DNA of 64,000 bases from Mobula hypostoma (taxonomy: Eukaryota), in assembly GCF_963921235.1 (NCBI RefSeq), contig NC_086120.1, positions 17,670,001 to 17,734,000 of the forward strand, given 5' to 3'. Under the pieces are notes generated by a model. The model was not told the origin of the DNA and did no database searches. It saw only the letters and a list, made by a program, of their open reading frames with translations. Both the position numbers and the translations under genes were made by a program. Below, piece by piece: positions 1 through 11,061 of this stretch; position 1 is the stretch's first letter; each line of letters opens with the position of its first letter.

Positions 1-399
1 AATACAACAATTACAATCAACTCTGACAACAATGTTTAATCAACTTCCTACTCTCAAACTAGATACAAAATATTTAATCCAAGGACCTTTGAATAATTAC
101 AAGGTTCAACCCAACTTGAAACTGTCTATAGATGAAAGACAGTACTGAAATTATATAAATAAAATCTAAAACCCAAGCTCCCCTAATTCACTATAAGGTT
201 TATTGCATATTTTTTAAACCTGTGGCTTGAACATCACACTGGTCCTTCACAACGGTGATGAAAAATTATGGGAAGAAATTACATCGGCTCCAGCATTTGA
301 ACATTCAAGTAACAAAAATATGCTTTAAAGAGGAGAAACCAAAATGAATATATATAATAGGCTACACAATACCATAAGTCTTATGGTTTAAGTTATTTT

Positions 400-690
400 A
401 TTTTATTTTGGAGATGCAGCATAGAACAGGCACTTCTGGCCCTAACAGCCTACACCATCTAGCAGACCATCTACTTAACCTTAGCCTAATCACAGGGCAA
501 TTTTCATTCACCAATAACCTACAATTGGTATATCTTTGGACTGTGGGAAGAAACCAGAGCACCCAGAGGAAACCCATTTGCTCAGGGGAAGAACGAAACA
601 ACTTTTTTACAGAGGACGCTGGAGTTTTACTCTGAATTCTGACACTCCAAGCTGTAATAGCATCACACTAACGGCTACACTACCGTGGCA
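400..690 (-). mobile_element. Degenerate tRNA-derived SINE (V-SINE/HE1-like) in lysyl oxidase intron 2
   Basis: Contains TGTGGGAAGAAACCAGAGCACCCAGAGGAAACCCA, the reverse complement of the typical fish V-SINE core. A related copy lies at ~45790-45975. Boundaries are approximate. Confidence 0.6.
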
Positions 691-835
691 TATGCAGATA
701 AAATGTCTGCATTCTGTATCTCAACAGATCACAAGCACTCCCTAAGGGATCTGAATAAGATTTATATCTGTGATGTCTGATCATTATTGTGACCACAAGA
801 TCCAATAGTTCATTACCATAATTGGTACGTAATAC

Positions 836-944
836 CTTGAGAGGCAATTTTCTTCAGCTGCACACTTCAGTGCATACATATGCACCCTTTGGATATATAT
901 AGAAGCTTGAATGTAATAGGGATCAGGAACTAAGTCAGGAAGCC
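836..944 (-). CDS. loxl5: Lysyl oxidase family gene, coding exon 2 (start of catalytic domain)
   Basis: 109-bp exon with acceptor TTTTCCAG| and donor AG|GTATT. Encodes (G)[35 protein letters not shown](R/S), the hallmark LOX-family sequence. Phase joins exon 1 (G+GG = Gly). The paralogue name is an inference. Confidence 0.93.
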
Positions 945-1386
945 CTGGAAAAGAAGTAGAAACATTTTTTGTAATTATTTTAATCAATTGTATTTTGATA
1001 TCACCAGCTGCCAGATACATCATCACTGGCATCACCGTGAGGTTTTAGTGTGTCCATCAAGCCACCAAAGGATTTTGCCAATATCTGATGTGAACTCTTC
1101 AATTAAGTTCTTTAACAAAAATACACAACTCTTGTGTCCCGGTGTGCAAACAGTTAATTCTGGGGTGTTATGATCCAAACTTGTGTATGGATTCAAGCCC
1201 AATAAGGAGAATGAGAGAGAAGATCTTATGACTCAACTAATGGTTTTCATAAAGTCTCACACCTTAGCATATCTTAACAGTTTCCTGGGCATTTATTGTA
1301 AGTCAATGAGATATGTAGAACAATAAATAGCTGACTCAGAATCATGTAATTTTGTTGTCTGGTAAGCCAAGTACAAATTACTTCTT

Positions 1387-1636
1387 TGGTGGCGTAGTGA
1401 CATCAGCATCGGACTTCGGGGCGAAAGGGTTCAAATCTAGCTGGCTGCCCTGCACGCTTTCCATCCGTGCTGGGTTATGAGCTGGTGATCTCTTTGGAAA
1501 TTCACCGGCAGAAGGCAATGGCAAACCACTGCTGCAACTTGCCTCGTACACGGTTCCCCACTGCGTCAGAGAGGCGTGGAGGGAAATCGTCCGCTAACCG
1601 GAGAAACTCCGGATGCAACGTACCTTTCCTTTCCTT
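1387..1636 (+). mobile_element. tRNA-head SINE with RTE-like 3' end
   Basis: A-box-like TGGCGTAGTG, B-box-like GGTTCAAATC, internal GAAGGCAATGGCAAACCAC (typical of RTE 3' ends), a (CCTTT)n tail, and retained CpGs. Confidence 0.6.
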
Positions 1637-3295
1637 GCTCCAACATAGCAAATACCATTCTGACATGAGGATATTGTAAGGGGTGAGCTTGAAGGGTTCT
1701 TCTAAACTCCTTCCGTAACACACAAAACAATCAGGTTATCAGCTCATTCACTTCGTTGTTTTGTGAGATCAGTTTAATTTATCTGATCAACTGGATATGG
1801 AATCCTTCATTCTGTATGGTATGACTCACTCAGACTGCTGTTGCATTCAATGTGCTAGGAAAGTCAGTGCGGAGCCAAATGTCCTCAGTAATAACCTGAT
1901 TTCATGAATGAAAGAGAATGTGTTATTCTTAAGTAATTGGAGAACTTGGTAAAACCTAAATGCACACATGATTACATAAGTAATGAGATATTAATGAAAA
2001 TGAAATTTTTAATTTTATATCTAAGTTGAATGTATCTATCACTAGCCCAGTGCATTTTAGACAGAAACTAACCAATTATGCATAATGAAGCCCTTACTGT
2101 GTACAAGCCAATAAGTGATTAGCATATAGGACAGAGTAGCCCAGCAATGCCATTCTGTTAATTCTGTTCTTGATGCTTTAAGGAGATTGTGATATGTATT
2201 TCTTTTTCACCAATGATACCGGTATAGCATATTCTCCTCCCTCAAAGCTCCCTTCCTTGTCCTATTTCTCTCTACAACAGAGAGACTTCATGCTGAAGCT
2301 ACAGGTTTACATCAGCTGTGAGACTGCATCTTAAACGTGGCAACATTCAAAGCCAAGGCAGAAACATTCCGTCAGTCATTATGCAGCATAACTTCAGTGG
2401 ATGAAGTTGAACAGTGATGGAAAACAGAACTCCTCCATCTGATTTATTTTGTGATTTTTGTTTGGCCTACAATTCATGGGTCCAATTGTTGCCCTCCTAC
2501 AAGCAACATCAAGCCTGGGGGTTGAAATTGGGGCCATCTCCAACTATGTGACCTGGTTTCATACCAAAGATCATTTGTCCCACAACCACAAGGTAATCCA
2601 GAAAGCATCATCAAGCAGCTATAGCATGCTTTTGTGTTTATTGAAGGAAAGAATTCAAACCTGATGACAGAGGGAGATGAACCTGTGCCAGAATTATGTG
2701 AATTCTGACTACTGGAACAATAATCATAGTGAGATGTTACGAGAACAGTCAGTTCCGTGTTATGTATATTACACGCAAACCAGACAACCTTCCTGACACC
2801 AATAATCTGAGTCATATCACTAAACAGTTCGCTCTCAGCATAGAACTCTGTAGTATCACTGTCCACTGCTCTTGCAAATTGGCCACTATCCTGTAACATT
2901 CACTTTATTCACCTCTTCACGTATACTACCCGACCGACTGAATATTTCTAGTCTTTATTAAACTGTACCGCCCACTATGAAACAGTTCGATTCCCACTCC
3001 ACTACTGAATCAAGATGCAAGTCGGCATTGTATAAATTGTGCCAAGAAAGAGAATAATCCCCATTCTGGAGAGGAGGGGTTGGGATGCTTCTCATAGTGG
3101 GCGAGGTGCAAAACTAGCGGTGATGGATCCGCTATCAACATATGTCAATCAATTCTCACTCCATTAAAGTCCATGAAACCCGGTGTGGCTTCGGGGTGTG
3201 AGCCCTGGGCAAATTATTAGAGGACACTAGGGGACGGAGTTTTACTTCGGCAGGACAGAGCGACTGCAAAAAAAAAAATCCTCTTCATTGCGAAT

Positions 3296-3376
3296 CTTTG
3301 ATTTTTGATTTCTGATTTTTGATATTTGATTTAAATATTTGATTTAATTTTGATATTTGATTTAATATTTGATTTC
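3296..3376. repeat. AT-rich degenerate tandem repeat (TTTGAT / ATATTTGATTT units)
   Basis: Directly visible, just downstream of the exon 1 donor. Confidence 0.75.
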
Positions 3377-3451
3377 CTCCATTTGCTCAAAGTGCAATGA
3401 ACACCCCTTCCCCATTCCCATCCTCACCGCACATCGACAGGAGGAACTCAC

Positions 3452-4049
3452 CGTTCTGGAAGTATCTGGTCCCATAGCCCATCCTCCTCCGGTTCCCAGG
3501 CCGGGAAGACCGTGAAGACGAAGAATGGAAATTGTAAAACACGCTGTTAGCGTTTTCGAAGGGATTCCGCGGATCGTCTGACTGTATTTCGGACGACCTG
3601 CCGGCACTTGCCGTCCGTATCCCCGGTGAGACGAGGCTGTAGCCGGTCCGGGGACTTTGTCCAACCCAAGGGATTCCTTGCGTTAAATTGACAGCCCGGG
3701 ATCCCTGAAAGTGGCGGGATGTAGCCGTCCTCCCCGGGCGCTGTGGATACCGCCGCGGCTCCGGAACGATCCCTGGTGGGACGGCGTTGACAGGGTAGCG
3801 AGCGGGAACCCGGCTGCTTCTCTGCGGGCTCTCGACATTGCTGCTCAGGTAGATGCTCTGCTGCCCCGCTCCTCTGAGGCGGGTGGACGGTCGGTAAGCC
3901 GGACCGCTGTTCAATAAGCTGTACACATGCCCGTTATTCTCCCACTGAATTATCTGTCTCCACAGCCCATTCGGATCCACTTGTCCCTCCACACAACTCC
4001 TTTCACTGATCAAAATCCAACAGCAACAAACTGCAAGGATATTTCTCAT
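3452..4049 (-). CDS. loxl5: Lysyl oxidase family gene, coding exon 1 (signal peptide, propeptide and start of mature region)
   Basis: ATG at 4049, hydrophobic N-terminus, WRQIIQWENNGHVYSLL motif, Arg/Pro/Ser-rich propeptide, DDPRNPF, and end GYGTRYFQNG followed by donor G|GTGAGT at 3451. 598 nt, phase 1, CpG-rich. The family is secure; LOXL5 versus LOX is inferred. Confidence 0.92.
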
Positions 4050-5395
4050 TGTGCTTCACCCAAGTAGAAAAACAAAGTCTGAATCAAAAATAATTGTGAT
4101 ATTTCAGTCGGGACGCTGATCTCGCTACCACCTGCACTTCACAGTGGAAGAGGGCAGTCAGTTTAACTAAATGTTCCTGTATCTTACTTCAAGTTTGCTC
4201 GGGCTGAAGGGCTCTGATGTTTAACCCTTTGAACACGAGCCTACATTAGCAACGACCGCCCCGGTGTAAAATGAGCCCATTGAACTCTCTGCCATCAGAG
4301 TTCTGAAGAGAAGTTTACTCACATCTTAAAGTTTTAAGTTTTAGATTGAAATAGCAAAGCTGGAGGTTTGATGTTGATCGAATATTGATTTTTGGTGTAA
4401 CATACTGTATTTTAATAAGACAGGCTTACATCGGCGTCGACCCAAAACGGCGCTGTCCAACCCCCCTCCCCCCTCACCACACACATACACACAGATGCTG
4501 CCAGACCCGCTGAGTTCCTCCGGATTTCAACATATGCGGTCTCTTGTGCCTCTATTTGTTTTGGTTTGGAATTGCAATAAAATTAAATCTAATGCAAAAC
4601 ATTATCTCCCTTAATAACTGGCTGCCGAATGCAACCTTCTCAACCCCATTTTATATCGGCGCGTAATGACCCTCCGGTGATATTTTATCAGCAATTGGAC
4701 TCATTGAAGTACCAGCGAAAATGCTGGAAATGTTCAGCAGATAGGGCAGTGGCGGAGGAGAGGCAAGTCTAGGTTAATGAAATGCTAAGTGTTTCCAAGA
4801 TGTTTGGGTTTTACTGCAGAGCTCCAGCAACTGCAGTAATTTATCTTGTGCACTGTCTGACTTCAGAGTTGCCACCGTTTTGCCGCCCTTGCCCTTGGGG
4901 ACAAGTTTGGTTGTTCAGAACCATCCCTCAATGGCAGAGCCACGTTGTGTCTGCGTCAATTTCTCATCATTACAGTGAACACCCCCGCCACAATACCGAT
5001 GGATATTGTCCGATTTAGAGCAAAGCTAGCCAGGGCCACTCAGCCCTCTGAACCTGCTCTCCTATTCAGCAAAATTCTTGACTGATCTAGTTCTAGCAAC
5101 ACACATAAAGTGCTGAGTTCCTCCAGCATTTTGTGTGTGTTGCTCAGATTTCCAGCATCTGCAGATTTTCTCTTGTTTCTGATCTAATTCTATTCCATTT
5201 CTCTCCACTATTCCCAATCCCTTCATTTCTTTAATATCCAGTAATATATTGGTCTTTGTTTTAAATAAACTCAGTGACTCAGTCTCCACGGCCTGGGGCA
5301 GAGATTTCCAAATATCACCAGCTCTGTCTCAGCCTCAAATGGCCCATTCCTTACTTTGAGACTGTGACTCTTGATTATGGACTCTTCATCTAGGG

Positions 5396-6552
5396 TGTCA
5401 TGGGAGGGTCGCTGGTGGTGGACCCAAATGCTTGGCACAGACACTGAAGTACTAGGAACAGGACTAGGTGCATCAAGCAAGCAAGAGAAGTGGGGAAGAA
5501 ATTACACTGGACAAGACACAGGCCCTGGACGAGGCCAGGATACAGGGCCTGGGCTAGGACCGGACTAGGAAAGCCAGACCTAGACGAAGAAATAGGGACT
5601 TGGAACCTGGGCGAGGACTCCGAGCCAAAGACTGGACAGGGACCCGGAACCTAGGTCTTGACTCGGGCTCGGACCCCAGATCTAGGCAAGGACAAGACAT
5701 GGCTACAGGACAAGGAGTGGCAACAGGACTGGACGTGAGACTCCTGGACAGGACAAGGGAACCCCAGCACCGGGCTGGGTGAGACACATGGACAGGACAA
5801 GAACACAAAGCCTTGACTTGGTCGAGGGAGAACAGGAACGCAGAGCCTTGGTCAAGGGAGAACAGGAATGCAGAGCCTTGGTCAAGGCAGAACAGGAACA
5901 TGGAACACAGAGCCAGGACCCCTCCTTGGGAACAGAATTTGGGGCCGGGACTCTACACAGAGTCAGGACCCCTCCTAGGCAGCAGGATGTAGAGCCAGGA
6001 CTCATACACAAAACACTGAGAGACAGATCTCCACTCAAGGTAGTGGCAAACGGCCGGACCTACCCAGCAGAGGCGAGGGCACAAAGAGACGGTTCCCAAC
6101 ACAAGGTAGCAGCAAATGGCCGGACCTACCTAGTAAAGGCGTGGACACAGAGACAGTTCCCAACTCAAGGTAGTGGCAAACGGCCAGACCTACCTAATGA
6201 AGGCAAGGACACAAAGAGACAGTTCCAAGCAATGAAATACAGTTCCTTATCTAGACACAGCAAGGCCCCAGTTTTGCCCTGGAGGTTGAACCTGACATCA
6301 TTACAGGTGAAGACACAGGCGAAGATACAGACGAAAGTAGCAGGCACGGCTTTAGAAGGAGGGGGAAGGGGAGGGAACAGTACCAGAACTGAAGCTGAAC
6401 CCATGAGCTATTTCTGTAGCCAGCCCAAAATGAGAATCATGTGCTTCAATTTAGACACCCAACAGAACAAGGGAAAACCAGAAAACCTGGAATAAGGATC
6501 GACAGACCAGTCCGTGAACCGGAATGCGGACTTCACGGACTGGACCATGACA
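5396..6552 (-). mobile_element. Solo LTR (Gypsy-type) with internal tandem repeats
   Basis: Termini TGTCATGG...CCATGACA and a 5-bp TSD TAGGG (5391-5395, 6553-6557). It interrupts a CR1 fragment. It shares GGACCCAAATG near the left end with the LTR at 19816, which gives the strand. Confidence 0.8.
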
Positions 6553-6659
6553 TAGGGAGAATATCCCTGTATCAAAGCACATTGAACCCTGCAAGAATTT
6601 TGTCCAAACTTCAAAGAATATAGTTTCCTCAATGTCTCCTCATTAGGCAAATCTATTAC

Positions 6660-7418
6660 TGAAGCTTGCAGACCCACTTATTTTGTCACTTAGCACATCA
6701 AACATGGTCACAGGTTATGATCAATCAATAGCTGGAATAGGTGTGTGCTCAGAGAGTTAATCCTCACACCATTAAAATTGGGTGCCTGGGATCTCTGTCC
6801 CCAAAAGCTTTTAGATCATCCGTGTGTTTTTTTTAGTCCCAGTAAAGGTATCAGGGGAAAAAACACCACATGCAAATAATGTCGACTAGTGACAAAGCAG
6901 ATAAGTATTAGAAAGTATTGTGGATTGTTAGGAATGACAAGGAGAATGACAGAAAAACCGAGTGATAGAAAGAAGAACTAGAATTCATTCCTCAACCATC
7001 CGTTTCTGTGATGGGTGGCTCATTTGTCTGTAAATTGTTGGTAGGTTCTTTCAGATTGTAAGAATTGTACCTGTACTTTGGAAATCATTTATAGTATATA
7101 AATCTTTTGGGATTCAGAAATCTTTTATAAATAAGAAATCCTGTGTGGATTTTAAATGTTTGTTAAGTATTAAAAATTAAACAAACTGTACTTAAACATC
7201 TTTGTTAGCTGGAAGTATCTCCTCCTTGGTATAGAGGGGGAACCAACCACTCAAATGATATATATTGGCAGCTAGACCTCGCCACAGACACTTGACAGGG
7301 AAGTAAGCTAGTTTTTGAAGAGTAGGTTGATTCAATATAACCTCCCTATAGTGAAGTTATCCATAGATACCTATATTAGATAGTGCTATGTGGATTGTGA
7401 ACCAAATACCATCACAAC
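6660..7418. repeat. Unclassified ~760-bp dispersed repeat, copy 1
   Basis: Colinear similarity to 25265-26060, e.g. GGATCTCTGTCCCC, CAAGGAGAATGACAGAAA, GTATCTCCTCCTTGGTA and TTTGAAGAGTAGGTTGAT. Confidence 0.8.
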
Positions 7419-9369
7419 ATCTTGGTCTGGCCTGTGGATTCCCAGCTTTCCTCCACAACCTGAACTGTTTTTGTGGAAAACTTAGCAGCCCATTTCAAAG
7501 TCCTGAAGCAGGCCATTTTCTCTCAGATATTGAAAACCCTTTACAATGTGAGGCTATCGACAATCTGCTTCCATTTCACAATGGGTGTTCAGCAGATTTA
7601 TCACTTTTATCTCCAGTCTTTTTTCCAATTTAACTATTTCTTAGATGTCAACTGTCCTGTCTTGCAACCAAACAATGATATCTTTGGAGTCAGGGTCTAA
7701 TAATAAAGAAATAAAATCACCTTTAAAAGGGCAATCAAATGGAATTATTACAACTGTCATTTAATTTGAAACTGCCATCGTGTTAAGTGTTGTGGGGAAT
7801 GTAGAAACATCTGGATGTACAAATACGCCAAAGTATGTATGTTCTGAAACCAAGGCCAGAACGATCAAAATAAGTCACAATGCAATTTAAATACAAGGAA
7901 TTCAAGTTGATTGGGATCAGATTTATCATCACTGATATCAAATTTGTTATTTTGCCATTAAAATGGCAAATACATGGGAATCCAGATTAATTCACCAAAC
8001 CAGAAAGCCCCTGAAGTTTCAGACGACAGATTCTATCCCACAAGGCCTCTCTACTGAATTTGTCGGGGGTTGTGGGTGGTTAGAGGGTGGAGTGTTAGTA
8101 TGAGAAAAGCTTGGTGTGTAACTTGACTGTGGCATGTCCCTCTTTACAATACAGGCTACCCTTCCATAGCATTTCTGTGGTGTAGATATACTGAGATCCT
8201 GAAAAGCACCCTATGAGTACAAATCTTTCTTTCAAAGTGTCCCATCTGCTGCACTGCAAACAGTCCAGTGATTTCCTCACAATGAATGATCCATGCCTTT
8301 TAATCTTCTCCCTAGACCCTCTGAGAAACCTAGGATGAATACCAACAAATCCATGGGATTTATTTGTTTTCAGTTCTTTTATCCTATTTAGGATTGCTAT
8401 TTTATTTATACTAAAGTCATTCATTTTACTTTACCCCTGGGATAGGGCAAGTAAACAAATCCCTTGTGAAAATGTTTTGCTTCAAATCTAACTTAATATG
8501 TTTGAAAGTGAAATAGATTGGTGCCTCGGGATATCCACAAAGCTAATCACCAATAAGCAGCAAAACACAGGAAGCTGTTTCAAACATGATTTGCACAAGA
8601 GTCCCAATGTCTTGAAAGAGGCGACCCTGGGGAGACGAGCTTTGAGTTCATTTCCTTCCATTGAGAGGAGAGGAATCAAACAAGGCTCTTCATAAATAAC
8701 TGATGTATCCCCATGATGAACAGTACATCAGGGAATCCACGTGAAGGCAGCACGGCATTCAGCAGTGAGATCTCCACTACTGGGGACAGTCATTGTTTTC
8801 ATATTATATGTGAAGGAAAAGCTACTTGAGAATACTAGCAAAGAATTAGCAGCATCAAATTGGAAGTGGTCTTTGATAATGGGATGCATTCCATTTTTAA
8901 ACTGTGTAGATAATCTATAAAATCTATAAAAGTCAACTTCAATTCAGTGTTGTATATGTCAACTGCAATGGTAAATGAGTTAACTGTAACTGTAACACCC
9001 CCATCCCCCCCGCCGCCCCAACTGCCACCATCTTGTTATTTACAATTTCAAAGAGGCCATCCACCTTTCCGGATACACAAAATCCGTTAACAGTAAGGTG
9101 TTAATGTTTTCGTAGTCTCAGTGACTGACTTCTGGGGCTGACAGATGAGCAGGTTTGTTTGTTGTACAGCGAACTAACTAACTACTGCCAAAAGTCGCAG
9201 GATTCCAAAACTGGATACTGAATTTGAAAGGGGTCTTTGCAAATGTAAACTATCAGGCTCCGAGCTGCTGTTGCTGAACCAGTAGGTACCCAGTCCAGAC
9301 ATCGCTCAATGAGGACAAGATTTAAGACAGGAACTTGGAAATCTCACTAGTCAGCAATGCTGAAAGCAC

Positions 9370-9640
9370 TTCCTAGAATCAAAGGGGTAACATGAGGGGG
9401 AACTTCTTTACTCAGAGAGTTGTAGCTGTGTGGAACGAGCTTCCAGCAGAAGTGGTTGAGGCAGGTTCGATATTGTCATTTAAAGTTAAATTGTACAGCT
9501 ACATGGACAGGAAAGGAATGGAGGGTTAAGGGCTGAGTGCAGGTCGGTGGGACTAGGTGAGAGTAAGAGTTCGGCATGGACTAGAAGGGCCGTGATGGCC
9601 TATTTCCGTGCTGTAATTGTTATATGGTTATATGGTTATA
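9370..9640 (+). mobile_element. CR1 LINE 3' end, young subfamily
   Basis: Typical CR1 3' sequence (TTTACTCAGAGAGTTG...TGGAACGAGCTTCCAG) ending in TATATGGT repeats. Near-identical tails occur at 44212 and 60222. Confidence 0.8.
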
Positions 9641-10189
9641 AAGATCATTTTTGGAGGAATAAAGGGCTGTATCCATACCAATAGACACAATATCTGCTGA
9701 TAAGGCTGTTTCTGCTCCTCTTTTAATATATTAGCATCACTACTCAGCCTGACACCTATTGTCCAACCCTATCTGCACGTGACAAGATAATCCTGGCCCA
9801 TTAAAATATTGCCATTAGCACAGTAGCCTCTACCAACCTGTACATCTGTTAATTGTAGTGAGTAAGTTCACCATTGCAAACTCTAACTGAAAGCTGGTTT
9901 CAAAGATATCAAGCCACAGAACTGGGACACTAACTCACTTCAATGTTCTTCAGGTTTGTCTTTTCTGCTGGGATTATATAGACCTGTGCATATATTCTGT
10001 AGTTTGTTCTTATATAGCCTTCAGAATGGAGAACTGTTCATCTGGCTGCAACCCAAAGGGAAACTGACCAGGAGGAAGTAAAATGGCAGACTGGAAGGTC
10101 TACCCTCCCTCCCATAGGTGCCGGTGGAGGTGTTTTACAGGCCAGGTGTGGGGGTGGTTTGGGAGCAGGTGCTAACCAAAAGTTCTGAA

Positions 10190-11000
10190 GTTCCTAGATG
10201 CTCCTTCCCTATTTAGAGCAGGGCATGGGCTTAACAATCCCTATGAGTTGATGAGGATGTTATAGTTATTCAGGAAGGCTTTGAGAACATGTTTGAAGTG
10301 TTTCTTTGTCCTGGTGATGTCTTGTGATGGAGCTCAGATTACAATGCCAGTTTTAAGAGCCAGACAAGTGATGTAGCCTGGCCTTCAGAACTGGCCAAAT
10401 GTAATTACAGCCTTACTGCTAAGAATGTTGACTTCAGAGAGTGGCCATAGACACTGCTTCACTTATTCTACAAGAGGATTTGGAGGCTTTTGCACAGGCA
10501 TTATTGGGGTTGGATTTCCAGTGCTTCCAGGTGCCTGCTGTTGCTGTGACATCCCAGAACATGGGAAGGGTTCCATTCCAGAGAATTGTTAGTAACCTGG
10601 ACAGTTCACAAGTCCGATGGCTGAACCGAGTTCCCAGGTGGCAGAAGTTTCCTGTAGCTCCGCAGCAGCTGGCCACTCCATCCCTCCAGCGTCCCAAATG
10701 CTTATTCATATGTACAGCCAAACACAAGTCAGGCATTTGTAACCTGGTGAGGAACTATGGGCAGTTCATATCTCTGAAGCATAATGGAGTGTGGGAGATC
10801 ATTGCTACCCACAGCACTATAAGCTTTGTGCTGGATTTGAGGTATGATCTTCAACCCCTTTTTCCCCGGACAGCTAAAGACTCTGCTAGATCACTGAAGT
10901 TAATGGTGAATTTCATAATCAGTGGCAGCCTTAACCAAGAGGTGACTGCCGAGGACGGAAATTGGTTCACAACTCCAGGGTCCTGATATGGACCATTACG
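10190..11000 (-). mobile_element. Highly decayed RTE-clade LINE, 3' part
   Basis: Minus-strand translation gives broken pieces (RHLEALEIQPQ*CLRK; KKHFKHVLKAFLNNYNI) resembling the RTE RT C-terminal region, with many stops. Boundaries are approximate. Confidence 0.45.
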
Positions 11001-11061
11001 ATTTGGTGGGCGGAGTGGTGGTGTAGTACACTCAAACAGAATCAGGTTTATTTTTAGGTTG

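Noticed and set aside
2474-2899. 141-aa intronic ORF
   Set aside because: No recognisable motif, and exons 1 and 2 join in frame without it.
3387-3451. C-terminal 21 codons of the 220-aa ORF (EFLLSMCGEDG...)
   Set aside because: Read-through into intron 1; the consensus donor at 3451 and homology place the exon end at 3452.
5779-6495. 238-aa ORF with repeated peptide units; tandem units superficially array-like
   Set aside because: It arises from minisatellites inside a solo LTR. There are no unique spacers and the context is eukaryotic, so it is not CRISPR or a gene.
10441-10986. 181-aa plus-strand ORF
   Set aside because: Antisense to a decayed RTE-like LINE, with no domain signature.
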